From IMG/VR virus record IMGVR_UViG_3300037493_001906, positions 1 through 64,000 of that record: DNA of 64,000 nt, one strand, 5' to 3'. The position numbers were made by a program, and so were the translations under genes. The notes below the pieces were generated by a model that worked only from the letters and a program-made list of their open reading frames with translations, ran no database searches and was not told the DNA's origin. Positions 27,701 to 36,500 of the stretch are shown here, one piece after another. Source of the stretch: a virus. Position 1 is the stretch's first letter. Each line of letters begins with the position of its first letter.

Positions 27701-30700
27701 CATTATATTACCAGTAGAACCAAAACCAGCATTACGTTTATGAAACTCTTCTTTAGCAAGATTATATTGAGCAATATCACCATAAAACATTACCATTGAC
27801 TCAACATTATTTATAAAAGTATTAACTACAAAGGATCTAATAAGAGCGTTTTTAGTTTGTTTATCTGATTCAGTAGCTGGACCATCTATAATAATATCTT
27901 CAGCTAAATCTCTAGTTTTATCTATAAGGTTATTATCTATATATAAACTATTTAAATCAAAATGTTTAGCTACTTCATTAAATTGCTTCTCAAAATATTT
28001 AGTTACATCTTGTCTGATTTGTTTATCTAAATCTGAATTATAATCTAGTACATCTTCAAGAGTCAATACATCTTTTTTAGAAGCTAATGTTTTATTTATA
28101 GCCTCCATTATGTCTGTCCTAATTTTTTTTGTAGATAGAACATCTTCAAAAACAAGTATATTCTGACCTTGTTCTAAATATCTAGGGTCATAGTTAAGAC
28201 TTTTTTCTTTAGATAAAAGTTTAAGTTTTGATATTCTTTGAATCTCAGAATCTAAATAACCACTAAGTATGTCATCATAAGTCTCCATATAACCTGGTAC
28301 TTTAGCTGGACTTCTTTCAGATGCTTTTTGTGAATAAAACTTAATTGTATCTACGTAAAGATTATTAGTACCACCATTTAAAAGTTTATTAATAAAAGTA
28401 ATATAGGAATTACTTTTATCTGCATGTCGCATAAGCTCAGTTTTACCTGATAACAACATTGCATGAAAATCAATAATAGATTTAGTATACTCATCTGATG
28501 AAGCTGATGATACACCTTCTTTATTACTTCCATCTATAAATTGACCACCACTAAGATTAGCAAGATTGATTTTTACATCTTTAGCATTTATATCAATACT
28601 AGTCTTACGTTTTAATCCTTTTTTATTTTTATTACCTTTTTTATATTCTGATAAATCAAATATTGAATTAAACCATACAGAGCTTTTAATCCAAGGATTT
28701 TTTGCCATATCATATTGACTCATATGTGGCAAAGCAATAAGTTCTGCATAACTATCTACACTATTAATTGTGTCTATAGTAATACTAATACTATTATGTA
28801 AACTTTGTTCATATTGACTTTTACCTTCTGCATTAGTTACATTAAAAGTAGAGACACTATCTGAGTATCTAGCTTCTAAACTAGCTAAAGCATTTAATAA
28901 ACCCATATTTCCTTGAAATATGCCATTTAATCCATATACCTTAGCTTGACCTTTTTCTAATAAACTATTTAATTTTTGAAGAATATAAATTGGCTTACCT
29001 GTATTGTTCTCTTCCAGATCAGATATTATATCATCATTATAAGAAAGCTTTACTCCTATATCATTTAAGAAATCAATTACAGAAACATCATCTGCAAAAT
29101 TTTCAGAATACTCATCATAGTATTTATTAACTATACTTTGAATATCTAGATAACTCATATTAAACTTATCTTTATCTATAAGTTCTTTATGAATATAAGT
29201 TGTTGGTACATTATTAAAAGCATTAGTCCATCTAGTAATAGTCTTACGAGTTTCTGAAGAGCTAGCCCCGTATGTAGCAGAGTAATTTACAACTTGTGCA
29301 CCATCTTCTTCTAATTCAGTTGTTTTTCTAATGTTTAATTGAAGAAGTGGAATATTAGCTTTACAGAATGTCTGCCAAAAAGATAACCAAAGCTTAAACT
29401 CTTTATCTGTTTTTGCTCCTGTGGGCGGACCAAGTTTTTGTATAAGTTCATTAATAACTGGATCAAACTTTGCTGCTTGTTTTAAAGCATCATACATAGA
29501 AATTTTATCTAGTTTACCTCTTGTAGCTTTAACAACTTTATTCCAAGCAACATATGATTCTGTTAAATCACTAACCCCTAAATCATTTTTTATAGTTTCT
29601 CCATCATCATCATATTTGTGTAAACTTTTAAGTAGGTATTTAATTTCTGGTGCAGCTTGACTCATTATTGAATCTTCATTACCATTCTTCTTACCAATAC
29701 CATCTCTGCCTTTATTCATAGTGTCTGCTTCATTTGTTACATCAAATAAAGCTGTCCTATCTTCATCAGTTATAAATTTACTTTTTTCAATATGCCAAGC
29801 TATAATACCTTTATCTTTATTTTTAGTAAGATTTTTAGTATCCCCAAAATTCTTAATTACAAACTCTAATAGGTCAATCTTAGACTCATATCTTGATTTT
29901 GATTCAGGTCTTATACCTTTTTTACTAGCTTCTTTATCTGCTAATTCTTGTTTTATATCAGGTAGTATCTTTGATTCTAATCTTTTTTTAACTAGTAAAT
30001 ATGCATAGCGTAGTTTCTCTTTATCTTTAAATAATTCAGTAGTATACTTATAAGAAGTTACTCCAGTTTTTTTTGCTGATCCAACAATCAACTCATTAAC
30101 AATATCAGATATTATTGAGTCAATTGATTTTGTAATAAGATTTGATTTTTGATAATCAAGCATTTCAATACCCGTAGTTTTAACTAAGGGCTTAATACCT
30201 GTCTTATTTAAGACACCAATTGTTTTATCTCTATTGTTACTATTAAATGAAAAATTAGTTAAGTCACCTATTCTTAATTTTTCATAAAGTTCATACACTC
30301 CTTCAAAACCTAAAGGATTAGATACTACATCAGAATAATTTGCTTTACCAAATAGTTCTTTTAAAAAATTCCAGATTCTATTAAATATATTGTTTCTTAC
30401 TGGAGCCTCTTTATCAATCTTTGTTCCTCCAGATAACATGTAGTTTCTAAAGTCCTCAGCAAGGTATTCTTCTAGTTGCCATACATCAGCATCTGCAAAA
30501 GTAGTTATCTTACCATCATATGCAGTGAAACTACCTTTTCTTTTACGTGCTTCTGAATAAAGTTTTTGTTTTTGTTCTTTAGTTAAAAAAGTTTGAGTAA
30601 AGCCATGCCATGCTTCATGATATAAATCAGAATAATCTGCACTTCTTTCTTTATTTACAGTGCCATCTTGATTATGATAAGTGTAAAGTTTAATACCATG

Positions 30701-33562
30701 AATAGACCAAGTTGCAATAGACCCTGGTTGTCTTACATTTATAGCACGCACAAGTACTTCATATGGGAACCACTGTCTTAATGGATGTTTTTCATACCAC
30801 TCTTTAGCAGCTTTAATTTGTTCTTCTGTAGCAGATGTACCAAATTTCTTTTGTTGCTCATTCTTATATAAATGATCTTTAAGATCCTCTTCACTTAAGT
30901 TATCATCTTCAGCTGGTTTGTTAGAAGGTGGTGGTGCTTGAGGTTTCTTTTTAGGTTCAGGCTTACGCACCACTTTAACAGGTTCAGATTTAAGTACATC
31001 TTCAGCATAGCCATCTATTTGATAAGTATCTATATCATAACCCTCTTCTTTAAGACTTTCTAGTTTTGCTACCTCATTGTCTTCTGTAGAGTAATTATTT
31101 AGATTAGATAATATATCTGGATTAGTTTGAATCATGGCAATGTCCGCCTTGTCAAGAAGTTCAGTATCATTAATGATAACTGTTTTACCTGCTTCAACTT
31201 GTTTATCAATCTCTTTTCTTACAGAATCATAAATTGCTTCTCTTATATTTTTTGATAAAGAATTAAAAGCTTTAATGTTTACAGAGTTAGAAGCATCCTT
31301 TTTAACTTTGTGGCCCACATCTTTTCTTTTCTTAAATGCACTGATAATCATATCAGAATCAGTAATCACATTACCATTTGCTTCTGCTAGAGTAGACGAG
31401 CCAGAACCAGGAGTTATAAAAACAGATTTGCTTTCATAAAATTCATGTACCTCAGAGTCTTCTGTAATAATATCTTTATCCTCTTCTTCAACTTTGGCTT
31501 TAGGAACAATGATTTTATTAATATCACTTTGTCTAGGGTAATATATAAGATTATTATCTGATTGAGTTACTCCACCATCTGATTGAACTACAGCTGTGGT
31601 AGAGAAGTTATCTATAATAAACTGTTTATATTTTTCTTTTTCAGTAGTAAGAACTAAATCAGTACCTACTTTATTTATTATAGGATTAAAATAAGTATTA
31701 GACAAAAGTTGTTTATTAATAATACTAAACTTAGGAAAGTTAATATGTATTATAGAATCACCTTTTTCTCTTTTAATAACTATATAGTTTTCTTGATTTG
31801 ATTGAGCCTGGGCTAATATATTATCAACTTGAGTTTTTAAATTCTTTGATGTATATTCATTTATATAATAAAAGTTAGCACCACTTTCTTCTGCTTGTTT
31901 CCTTTTTGCTTCTGTAGATAACTCCTTTTGAATTCTAACTGATGATTTATCTTTTAAACTAGGAACATAATCTTTATCAACATTTTCAATATAAGGTTTA
32001 CTCAAATGCTCTTTTAATGCCTCAACTATTTTAGCACGATCTTTTTTACCAGATGGAGAATTACTATTGAAATCCATCTTATAAGCTTTCTCATTTATAA
32101 TAACAACTGGTTTATTATCTTTTTTAGAAATTTTAAGAGCAACACCATTTATATTTTCTGGAATAAACTGTTCAATATATTTTTTTCTATCCTTAACAGA
32201 TAGGTCTTCTCCATTTACTTTAATAGGTTGAGTAAACAAATTAATAATAGTATCAAAAAGTTTATTATCCTTGATGGTAGGTTTTGATATAGCAACAGGT
32301 TCCTCAGTATACGTAGGTTTAAAATAAAACTGATTTTCAGCTACTGTATTATATTGTTTTGCATTTTGTTTTGTAGCCTGAAATATATTACTTATAGTTT
32401 CTTCATTAACTTTATCTAATGAAGTAAGACTATAATTATTTACAAGTATTCTATTTCCTGTAGCATTAACAATGTCAGCAACTACAAAAGGATTGTTTAC
32501 AGATTTATTATTTACTATTTCAAATAACTTATGTAGAAAAGTATACTGAGCACTCATCTCATTTAAAACTTGTTTCTCTATCTGCTCCTTTTTTTTAGGA
32601 GAATGAGAAGGAAGGGTTGAAAGTTTTTCATTAACAAGTTTAGCATGAAGTTTTATCATATCTCCATGCAATATTTTTAGATAACCTGGAGCACCTTTTA
32701 TAGTAGATTTATTTGCCTCTTCTGTTGTTAATGCAATTTTACCATTGTACATTGGTGGCACATCCAAAGTTCTAAAGTATGCTATTTCACCATTTGGATC
32801 TATATTACCACTCTCATTAAACTTTAAAAAATTACCATTAGCATCAGCAACAATCATATACATGTCACCTTTATAAGCATCAATACCATTATCTTTTCCA
32901 AAGGTATCTATTGTACTTGCATGTTCTTTTAAATTTTGACCAGCAGCTAATACCAATGATATACCAGGTACTTTTAATCCAGGTAGTGTCATTTCTCTAC
33001 CTGATGTAATACCATTTAATTCAACTTGTTCTGCAAAAGTTCTAGTTATATTATCTAATGTAGCTTTATTGATTTGTGTTCTCTTGGGTTTTTCTTTTGC
33101 TTTTTGCTCCATCCTGCTTCTTAAAATAGGATAGGTCATATCAAATAAAGATATAGTTTCTTTAGAAGACGCTGGTGGTGGATTATCTTCTAATTCAATA
33201 GGCTCAATATCCTCTTCATCAGACTCTGTATCTAAATCAAGATCAGATATTAACTCCTTTACATTTTCATATCTTGTTTGAAGTGTTTGAAGATCACCAA
33301 TATTTAATCCTTTGTTTAGATATTGAACTATCAATTTTGGTGATGCAATAAAAATCTGAAACATTAACAATGGAACTAATTTTGTTGCATCTAAAGCAAG
33401 TTCAGAATCTATTTCACTTTCTATTTTAAAATAAAATTCTTTTATAAACTCATTTATATCAAAGCTTTCATTAGCAGCTTGTTTATTTGCAACACCTTCA
33501 AATAAAATAGCGGCTAGATATTTTCTTATAGCTATTTTATTTAGAGCAGAACATTTAATCAT
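21719..33562 (-). CDS. Virion-encapsidated, crAss-like multidomain DNA-dependent RNA polymerase (3947 aa)
   Basis: GTRIP (about 26040-26054) and GGDYDIDK catalytic DxDxD (25916-25930); ADGQGWI (about 27370-27390) and HKFSL motifs of the beta-like half; zincin HEAWH (30605-30619). Size and context match crAss-like virion RNAPs. Confidence 0.9.
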   Translation of the reverse strand: MIKCSALNKIAIRKYLAAILFEGVANKQAANESFDINEFIKEFYFKIESEIDSELALDATKLVPLLMFQIFIASPKLIVQYLNKGLNIGDLQTLQTRYENVKELISDLDLDTESDEEDIEPIELEDNPPPASSKETISLFDMTYPILRSRMEQKAKEKPKRTQINKATLDNITRTFAEQVELNGITSGREMTLPGLKVPGISLVLAAGQNLKEHASTIDTFGKDNGIDAYKGDMYMIVADANGNFLKFNESGNIDPNGEIAYFRTLDVPPMYNGKIALTTEEANKSTIKGAPGYLKILHGDMIKLHAKLVNEKLSTLPSHSPKKKEQIEKQVLNEMSAQYTFLHKLFEIVNNKSVNNPFVVADIVNATGNRILVNNYSLTSLDKVNEETISNIFQATKQNAKQYNTVAENQFYFKPTYTEEPVAISKPTIKDNKLFDTIINLFTQPIKVNGEDLSVKDRKKYIEQFIPENINGVALKISKKDNKPVVIINEKAYKMDFNSNSPSGKKDRAKIVEALKEHLSKPYIENVDKDYVPSLKDKSSVRIQKELSTEAKRKQAEESGANFYYINEYTSKNLKTQVDNILAQAQSNQENYIVIKREKGDSIIHINFPKFSIINKQLLSNTYFNPIINKVGTDLVLTTEKEKYKQFIIDNFSTTAVVQSDGGVTQSDNNLIYYPRQSDINKIIVPKAKVEEEDKDIITEDSEVHEFYESKSVFITPGSGSSTLAEANGNVITDSDMIISAFKKRKDVGHKVKKDASNSVNIKAFNSLSKNIREAIYDSVRKEIDKQVEAGKTVIINDTELLDKADIAMIQTNPDILSNLNNYSTEDNEVAKLESLKEEGYDIDTYQIDGYAEDVLKSEPVKVVRKPEPKKKPQAPPPSNKPAEDDNLSEEDLKDHLYKNEQQKKFGTSATEEQIKAAKEWYEKHPLRQWFPYEVLVRAINVRQPGSIATWSIHGIKLYTYHNQDGTVNKERSADYSDLYHEAWHGFTQTFLTKEQKQKLYSEARKRKGSFTAYDGKITTFADADVWQLEEYLAEDFRNYMLSGGTKIDKEAPVRNNIFNRIWNFLKELFGKANYSDVVSNPLGFEGVYELYEKLRIGDLTNFSFNSNNRDKTIGVLNKTGIKPLVKTTGIEMLDYQKSNLITKSIDSIISDIVNELIVGSAKKTGVTSYKYTTELFKDKEKLRYAYLLVKKRLESKILPDIKQELADKEASKKGIRPESKSRYESKIDLLEFVIKNFGDTKNLTKNKDKGIIAWHIEKSKFITDEDRTALFDVTNEADTMNKGRDGIGKKNGNEDSIMSQAAPEIKYLLKSLHKYDDDGETIKNDLGVSDLTESYVAWNKVVKATRGKLDKISMYDALKQAAKFDPVINELIQKLGPPTGAKTDKEFKLWLSFWQTFCKANIPLLQLNIRKTTELEEDGAQVVNYSATYGASSSETRKTITRWTNAFNNVPTTYIHKELIDKDKFNMSYLDIQSIVNKYYDEYSENFADDVSVIDFLNDIGVKLSYNDDIISDLEENNTGKPIYILQKLNSLLEKGQAKVYGLNGIFQGNMGLLNALASLEARYSDSVSTFNVTNAEGKSQYEQSLHNSISITIDTINSVDSYAELIALPHMSQYDMAKNPWIKSSVWFNSIFDLSEYKKGNKNKKGLKRKTSIDINAKDVKINLANLSGGQFIDGSNKEGVSSASSDEYTKSIIDFHAMLLSGKTELMRHADKSNSYITFINKLLNGGTNNLYVDTIKFYSQKASERSPAKVPGYMETYDDILSGYLDSEIQRISKLKLLSKEKSLNYDPRYLEQGQNILVFEDVLSTKKIRTDIMEAINKTLASKKDVLTLEDVLDYNSDLDKQIRQDVTKYFEKQFNEVAKHFDLNSLYIDNNLIDKTRDLAEDIIIDGPATESDKQTKNALIRSFVVNTFINNVESMVMFYGDIAQYNLAKEEFHKRNAGFGSTGNIMATDEDSINYVNGLGRRWAAKRIADGSKDIQEKMLSTSGSYEAGIFKDNIVPSKYYKTIYDAIEKDAIAKATKNFKGDKLKLKKFTQELTVKLEKNLKAYKEMNEADGQGWITFDFYRVVSMLQSEWSDAQEDLYNDIVNGVHVDKVAVLNFFPVKKFQYAGAIQTGDDMPPLNAMHKFSLVPLIPNVIEGTNLEKLHDRMMRDGIDYATFESGSKISNIFKIENGKTVKDKFYVDGRDFNNDVITPNTVYLQFLKDQLRIAPEFKGTVIIPTQMRKLIENGLMAYKMPLDFQSSLSKEKRRKNWDALGLTPVELQDLNEYIDKGNFGDRFKKLFEKREEARKSNSKYYTLIKNYEDDIINLTTFKMNKLKKDMNLEVVNGEVVLNDKLQDFLVNELGRQGLADHELNFIKKNEKGKLAHDLSVSISAEKIEKILTSIVMNRIVKQKINGEALVQVAGTGWEYVSSANMTEAQKAKYGETELPFYEKGKGSNGITRAMKIKISLQGDFINLLYLKHNDKKPIETRERLNEMLKNEEWLNTGDNRQMITIIGTRIPVQLLNSMEFAEVYEFLDPAIGNAVVLPPELVAKTGGDYDIDKITFMMPNISSNVNWKYWTTERGRKELYKLGAEDSEGKDLDLSNQNIERILADRKSPDLTEDDKLVISFIKKHSPKFASLHTDTTTAEGLENRLLNSMQRILELDANFVAMVTPNSTDLLKPIADELSQYVSTYNTKSRIDEDLPKDRERLKLLKDKEDQGKATTKEKDELKELDARINRISGTKIFEYMYNLYKHTSNNVGKQTLGLGAVDNTYNTVFNRIGAVLKPYYVKNLEVADLEKRLTILLKHNTVKNSKNEEVISLSELYDANGENSISEIIAQMINGWVDVAKDAWIFNIQGNKELSGTLLFMIQAGVPLKQAIYFVSQPIVRDYVKKKKLADSTYADPMDTAPLFGGAKGHARNQILINNGFNPKLLRGDKGQFYLNDVTLRLTNKDKAEGPLGTQIKFFDEDKVEANLLNRIKDFHQTVTSKKAHKYSADDIAVFLHFLELEDIADTITSVKQSTNFDTSRTTNLFEAQSKIDLFNTMSQNAMLPDDFLDSIIRDSPIGSFFIQDFQINLWKDFFKLGTNPVIMNSLSELIQETSGPEINALYGDKDKFISRWRNALPAFIYQNAQNQFDLDTIKNYKGIEIKSFTDEGQAVKIDLVKGKRVIFINKQLLEDQYDAIIDGGMERAIDVDGVDVPIEDMLPETFKTPQSFYRFMVENELIRDRIERSGTWDEYKTRLDVRNKFEYFNGIPKVKGETKDFRARKIEELVYEDFLTDLALENTNNIWHMFNSNATAADQLVNIQVEYPELVKKYLLLQNLAASSDIIDGERVSNIILNDPNMEADLLNIYHENLLELADSTKLDIDASQAEKDRVAAFFNKFATYAMFQSGFNTSGIYSLNRLVDQSALLQDLENYTKDFVENANYNTLDKFNDRFMDYAKNKRSRYRVMDMQIQDYNPARDKKEIQKDTQQHRLNAMLDDSNITYEELGPIKFKGENISKIKAGTKYITNRTEKEKLETGIYTANDGTRVAVKLLGKYVRQGDNFVKIDKYGEAIPGLSNKVPVDVFAKGEGFTNMKDFEKNNSFSSKYVTGEEARYVYAIKEYKEVKEETEKPRKTSTKKTKEAKVTQSSTSVEVIPLDKSQRFTRESVKKDSDYLYLFTDNAKRSSGSNKIGDETRYSAIYGLGKTYPGTTQAVIRGLDNAFPITTMVDDKRTQWTDDKFKEFKQEIDDDIDIIKQNLSNYKGIKFSAEMPFGEGQISDMKNTAPKSWKYLNTKLAEIGIDNTKEVSKVITQPQVTTGDRTITYTPKGKQTQTYTIKENNIFNQSGQEVFKEDSVDRNKIFANLAVKEGRAVVVTHKNSTYIVNKKNQIISGTTGKLMAWPETSGDRKAVLALANASQTQSTVPNTIKDQWTKYGAKLTEMFGIGMKHVWAIKDDEWREHKIKCLGGK

Positions 33563-33567
33563 TGTTA

Positions 33568-36500
33568 TTATATATTACAATTGTTTATATCATTAATCAT
33601 GTCATCAAAGAAATTTTGAGAAGTTTTACCTAACTTAGTTACATCAGTTTCTACTGAATCTACTAAATCTTTTATCTCTTCAGTATCATCTTCTTGAACA
33701 TCTTTATAACCCTCATCCATATCTTCAATATCATCTTGAGTAGGTTTAACAGCTGCTTTAGGACCAGAATTAAATCCATTAACAATGTGAGCAATTTGGT
33801 CTTTATAGTCATCAATATCAATCTCCATAGAATTTGCAAAGTTTTTTGAAGCCCACTCAAATTGAGTAACCAAAGATACAATATTATCTTCATTTGACAC
33901 AACATACATCTTCTTGCCATTCTTTAAAATTACTAATTTTCCTTTAGTTAAATCTTCCCATTTAACTGAATTGGCTAGCTCATTCATTTTAGCATTAACA
34001 AGAGTTGTTATTTTAATAGAAGCTGGGATTATGCCACTAGATTTTAAATCTAGAGCTTTATTATGCCACTCAGTTAAAGAATCTTCATCATTAATTTTTT
34101 CATACTCTTCCATTAGACTAGTATACTCATCTATAGTATTTTCTTCTTCTTCTTCTGTTTCTTCAGCATCAAACTTAAGTTGTTTTGATTTACTTAAGTT
34201 ATCAAGCATATCAAAAAACTTAGCTTTATATTTTTTATAAATCTCATCAATAAGTGTATCCTTTTGAGACTTCATATACTCTTTAACTGATGCAGGATCA
34301 ATAGAATAATTATCTACAATATCATTTAAGGACTCTTCAATATCTTTTATTTTTTCATCTAAAGTTAATTTATCAAGTGTTTTATACTTTTCAATAAAAT
34401 CTGCAATAGTATCAAGTGTATCAATTACTTTTTCATAATATTTTTTAGCTTGCTTAATCATTGCTTCAGGATTCTCTACTTCAGTATAAGGCTTAAGCAT
34501 ATAGCCTTTAGCATTTTCACCTAATAAATCAATAGTATATCTATCACCTGTTTCTTGATCTTCTAGAATAACTAGCTCTTCTTTTTTTCCAGTTTCTTCA
34601 TTAACAAATACTCCAGCTTTTGTAATGACTTCTACAGGTCTTTCATTTAAATTCATAGAACCAGCTTCAGTAGTTACAATACCACTAAAGTTATGTTTTT
34701 TACCAACAGTATAAGGTAAGTCTGATTTAAGTTTTGATTTAGGAGATATTACTTCAGGTTCTTCATCTCTATCATATTCTTGATTGTAATCATCAATAAT
34801 ATCTAAAGCAGTTCCTCCAGATTGTACATAGGATTTAAAGTCATCATCAGCAAGAATAGCCTCAGTATCTCCTTCTACAGCTTCATCTAACTCTTCTTTA
34901 AATTGTTTATATCCTTTTATTAATTTATCAATAAGATTACCTTCTAAAGATTGCATTATAGCAAATGAAGTTGTACTTCTAACAGGTTCATTAGGACCTA
35001 GTTCTTCTTCTTCTGGTTGTTCTGGTGGTTGCTGTGAGACAGGAGTTTTACCTGCTGGTTTCATCTCAGTAGGTTTACCTTCTTCTGTAGTTGAAGTTTC
35101 TGCAGTAGTAACTTTTTTACCAGCTAGTTCAGCGTACTCTGTTATTACTTTTACTGCTTCCTCATATTTAGGATTGTCCTTATTAACAATTTCTTTATTA
35201 GTTACATTATAAAAGTTTTCAGGAACATTAAAATCATTAATGCTTTCTATATCATCAGGTAAAACAAATAGTCCTAGATCATATATCTTATTAAGCATGT
35301 CATTTTTAAGACGTAGTTTATTAAAGTTTTTTAAAGCATTATCCAAGAAAAACAATCTTTGTGTTTTTATTTCACTAACAATATTAGACTGCAATTTCCT
35401 ATATTGTTCAAAGTAGTCTGGATTACTTAAAAAGTTAATTGCTTTTACGGTACTAAAAGAATCTACTTGTAAATGCAAAAAGTCTTTTATCTGCCTAAAA
35501 GCTTCATCTAGTTGGTCATCAAAAGCATAACCCTTTTTCATATCAGTAACATGGCCAAGGTATTCTTTATATGTATTGTATAGTTCACCTATGGCAAAAC
35601 TAACATCATCTCCATATACTTTATCAAATTCACCTTTTACAGTAGCAGCTTTAACTACTGAAATACTTTTTATACTTACATATTTAGTTTTACCAGAAGC
35701 AGTTTCTACAAGAACTTTATCTCCTTTTATATCTACAATTTTAAACTTCTCTGCAGTTTTATCATGAGTAGCAATGGCTCCTGGTCTTACTTTAAGTTGT
35801 TTAGCTTTTTCACTTCTTTCTTTTTTAGTCATGGGTTTTTTCTCAGCCTTAAGCTGAGTCATATAAAAGTCCCGTGTACTATCCCATTTTTTAAGTAATT
35901 CAACTTGTTTTTCTAAAGGTTTAACCTGCTTCTGTTGTTCAGGAGTACCTTTCTTCATAATACTGATTTGGTCACTCAATGTTTGAATAGTAGTAGTTCT
36001 AGCTATTCCATCAATAAGGAGACTTACATCATGTGCTGCTGCATTAGCAACAGGGGTACCATTTTGATTTACATTAACTAAGTTTTGAAACACTTCACTT
36101 TGGCCAGCAAGATTTCTAGAGATAGACTCCATCCTTTCAGATATTCTAGTAAAATCTTCCATAGAAAAAAGAAGATCAGCTACAGTATTTTCATGAGCTT
36201 CATAGTCATGATACTCTCTGTCAAATCCTTCAGGATTTTTCTTTTGAGAATATAGCCAAGGATTAAATGGATTAGGAAATTTATCTTCTACTTTCTTATA
36301 CCTTAGATCATATCTCTCTATTCTTTCTTTTAGTGTATTTAAATTTTTTCTATTACTACCTGATTCTTTAACTGTAGTATTAGTTGCATCTGCAAGATCT
36401 TGATCACTTAGTTTAAGCATGTCATCTGCCCAATCTGTAACTAATTTTTTATTACCAGTTTTAATAATATGATGAAAATACTGAGCATTACCTTGATCAG

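Noticed and set aside
19976-33567. Read-through or simple fusion joining the giant cargo genes into one polyprotein
   Set aside because: The intergenic gaps are 5, 4 and 14 nt, all out of frame; the first and third also contain a second in-frame stop. No slippery heptamer is evident.
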